DNA of 64,000 bases from Octopus sinensis (taxonomy: Eukaryota): the NCBI RefSeq assembly GCF_006345805.1, contig NC_043008.1, forward strand, positions 66,278,001-66,342,000, read 5' to 3'. Position 1 is the stretch's first letter, and the number at the start of each line of letters is the position of its first letter. Below the pieces are notes generated by a model, which ran no database searches, was not told the origin of the DNA, and was given only the letters and a program-made list of their open reading frames with translations. Shown in pieces: positions 60,552 to 64,000 of the stretch. A program made the position numbers and the translations under genes.

Positions 60552-63414
60552 CACACATACATTAGATTTGTTTTCTTTTAATATTCAAATTAAGCCCCCG
60601 TTTGTACATATTTGTCCCGAAAAAGCAAGTGTATTTATTTCAATACGTAGATTGTTTGTTTATAGTGGCTCTGTTGATACAAGCAAGAAAATAAAACAAA
60701 ATGTTAGTGTTTCATATTTATTATTTGTTATTAATTGGTAGAAGTTAGTAACTCAGTGCTCGAGAGTTTCGTACTTTGGCAATTATATTTGTTGAGTATC
60801 AGTGCACGAAACTATCGGCCCCCTGAGTCACTACTACAACTTTATGCCGATTGATAATCGTTCCGACTATATTCATAATGCCTGGAATTTTGATAAAGGT
60901 GGTGGTGGTGTGGGGGGGAGGGGGCAGACGATTACACCAACCCCTAGGGCTAGACTCCGAAATGGGTAAAAAGGCGAAATCGATATTGGGTGAAAACGTG
61001 AAGCCGGAAGAAAAGTCGCAAACATTTCGTCCGGCGTGCTCACGATTCCGCCTGTCCGTCACCTTCTATCGACTAAATAGAAAAGTATGTTTATATGTTC
61101 GTATGTGTGTGTTTATGATTTATGTATATATGTGTTCATGAACATGTATATATGTATATGTGGAGATATATATATATATATATATATATGCTCTGGTTGC
61201 CCACATCACATTGTAGTTTTGTTTATCCTAACCGCTGATGTATTTATTTATGTTGCTAGATGTTATGTATGACTATTATTGAGTTTGGTTGGTGATCAGA
61301 TATATGTCAATCTCTGTATGTGTATACCCGTCTCTCTGGGTACACATTAACCCACCCACCCTATATATATACATAAATATATATATATATATTTCCCCCC
61401 ACCTCATATTATATTTATATACACAATCGTATTGATGAAACGAATTGTGTATATAACACATCCATTGAACACACCCGAACGTTTGAGGTTCGTCTTCTGA
61501 TATCAGAATTGTCCCCGGAGAAAAACGTTTTACAAAAAATAACCAAATCATTTTGTATGAAGAACTTATTAATTTTGTAATTATCTTATTAATACAATTT
61601 CTTCGCTACACAGTGTGATATAATTTGTTGGTAATGTGCTGGTGGTGGTCTTTTTTTTCTCTTGTTAATATCAGACCCATGCTATTAAACACTTATCCTC
61701 TCTCTCTCTCTCTCTCCGTCTCGTTAGCTTTATCTGTGTTATATACATATGCATGCATAACTATGGAGCTTGCATTTTATATACACACATATTCATACAT
61801 GCACATATATATTGCGTGTGCATTGTGTGTGTGTGCATTATGCCTATATATTTATAACTAAGCATTCGGTTCGTAGACCGAGAGTTTCGTGTGTTGCACT
61901 TATATTTGTGTGTGTATAAACATGAATGAGTGGACATACATGTATAAATAGATACACATATTTATATTGGTGTGTATGTATATATATATACACACACACA
62001 CACACACATCCAGTTCTCCATTCCCTCACTAAGCACTCGTATGTCATATGTTCTCTCTCTCTCTCATTGCTTTCTAGCAGCTGTTCTCTTCTTGTTTAGC
62101 CCTAGGCAAGACCTGAATGAGCAAAACCTCTGATCAGATGCTTTCAGCCTTTGACTATCAAGTGTGTGTCTCTCTCCTGAGGACGGTAGCAAAGTTTAGC
62201 TGCTGTTTCTAACAGCTTGGAAGACTACTTAGAGACATGCTTGTCCGTGCATTGTTCATGCTCTGTTTTCGAAATGCTAAACTTTCTGAGAATCCATCAT
62301 TGGATTGATGAGGCATCGATGACTCATATTTATGAGTTCAAATCACATTAGGGCCAACTCTTGTTGCCTCTATACTGTGTATCACAAGTTGCCTTTCCGT
62401 TTATTTTAGCACTGTATAAACTCCGTGTATAACCCCAAATAATTCATGATATATATATAATCATCTGATGATCACTTCGATTTTAGAATACATCGTTAAT
62501 ACTAATTATGGCCTATTCTGCCTTATCGGTATGTATGTATATATGTGTGTGTGTGTATAAGTGAGCGCCAGTATATATAAGTGTGCAGGCATGTGCGCAT
62601 GTATATGAGCGTGTGTGAATGTGGAGTATATGTATGCATGTGTGTGTGATTTAGTTCTGTATTGATCTCTGCTGGAATGCAAAGCACGTTAAACTTTGCT
62701 GTTATCTCAATTCCTCCAAAATGATTTATCTGTCTCCCTCCTCGAATATATGGTGTTTTGCATATTTAACCCCGGATCAATCTTTACAAAGCAGACTTAT
62801 AATAAATAACTGTCACATCATTTATTCACTCACAATGCATAATCTAGAATTTTCACTATCCATTGTATCCTTTCATTTTTATTCATATTGTGCACGCGCG
62901 TGCATGTGTGCTCAATAGTAACGCGTGACTGAAGGAGAGGAAGATACTAATTTCCATTAGTATCAAGCTTAAGCAAGTTTCTCCACACTACATTATCTGT
63001 TGATTGTGTTGTCACTTCCTCCCCCAGTCTCCGGTCACAGGTTTGCATACTTCCACTCTGCATTCGTCCAATCGATCGATCATCGATCGCACAGGGCTTT
63101 CTTAATGGGATGACATTGTTGCAGTAACATAACATTCTGTCTAACACACACACACACACACAAATATAGGTATGGGCAATTGTTAGAAACCATGTGTTAT
63201 GAAGTAGCTTCATTTCACAACTGTAATAAGTCTGCTACTATTAAGTAAAGGCTGTATCAGTACACACAACATATGCAACACAGTGTTCACAGGGTACGTT
63301 GGGTGTTTTAATACACACAGGATATTTATCGTAATCATGTCTTTTTCTCTGTATGTCATGCCTCATAGTTTCGAGTTATTCAAAGCATCTTCGTGTATTT
63401 CGTGTCTCCTGACT

Positions 63415-63452
<38 letters not shown>

Positions 63453-63587
63453 ATATATGCGCGCGCACACACGTGTGTGATTATATTTTGTTCACTTAAG
63501 ACATAAGGTCTTTTAGAAACTACAGGTGAATGAATAAGAGAAAGAATTGCGTGTTATACATACATACACACACACACACATATACTT

Positions 63588-63636
<49 letters not shown>

Positions 63637-64000
63637 TGGATAAATAGATCTAACGAGATTGGGTTTTTAAATTCGCCGAAAGGAGCACATTTCTGATAAT
63701 TAAATTCTGTTATTTCTTTGAACTTATAATAAAGCAATGCAGAGTGTGGTGGGTGAGAAAAAATACAGAAATTTCTTGATCTGCGAGGGAAATAAATAAC
63801 AATAACATGAAAAAAAAAGACACATCACAATTGAGAGATATCAAATGTCCCAACATTGTGGGCGGGGTGTGTGTGTATATATATTTATATAATGTCTGTG
63901 TGATTGTATGTGTTTGAATTTTCGGTTGATCCTTTAATAAAGATATTAGAAGCCCTAATTCTTGTCCTCTCAGTGTACATACACCCTCCTTCTCCTTTTC

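Noticed and set aside
60745-60812. AGTTTCGT/ACGAAACT inverted repeat with partial HHR-like words on the minus strand
   Set aside because: The core is incomplete and there is no NUH triplet.
62947-63213. 88-aa minus-strand ORF with a CGATCGATCATCGATCG palindrome
   Set aside because: No recognisable protein; the ORF includes a (TG)n run and the short palindrome alone is not informative.

Overview
AT-rich, microsatellite-saturated eukaryotic DNA with no host exon I can support. It is probably intergenic or intronic octopus (coleoid cephalopod) sequence; this is an inference from the SINE repertoire recalled from memory, not a database result. Nearly all ORFs in the track are translations of simple repeats. 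Recognisable content: dozens of tRNA-derived SINEs from about 5 families, RTE-type 3'-end repeats with (GAT)n tails, decayed LINEs (CR1/L2-group RT at 1325-2786, a CR1 C-terminus, RTE EN/RT pieces), two DD37D maT-like Tc1/mariner remnants, several MITEs and a Helentron/Lep1-like element. The most interesting signal is a dense set of minimal type I hammerhead ribozyme (HHR) motifs, about 10 in 64 kb, in short Penelope-like/retrozyme-like elements mostly next to (TA)n tracts. Three have fully intact cores: 3030-3080, and a pair on opposite strands inside a 357-bp near-perfect palindrome at 24421-24777. A ~340-370-nt HHR-bearing unit occurs twice (31417-31955 and 41200-41520) in different permutations with covarying stems, which fits a circRNA-type retrozyme. 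Two ~0.8-kb tandem families share a non-canonical hairpin-GAAA-N24-CUGANGA arrangement. Several long fold-back palindromes are also present. All RNA folds were done by eye and no ribozyme activity has been tested.
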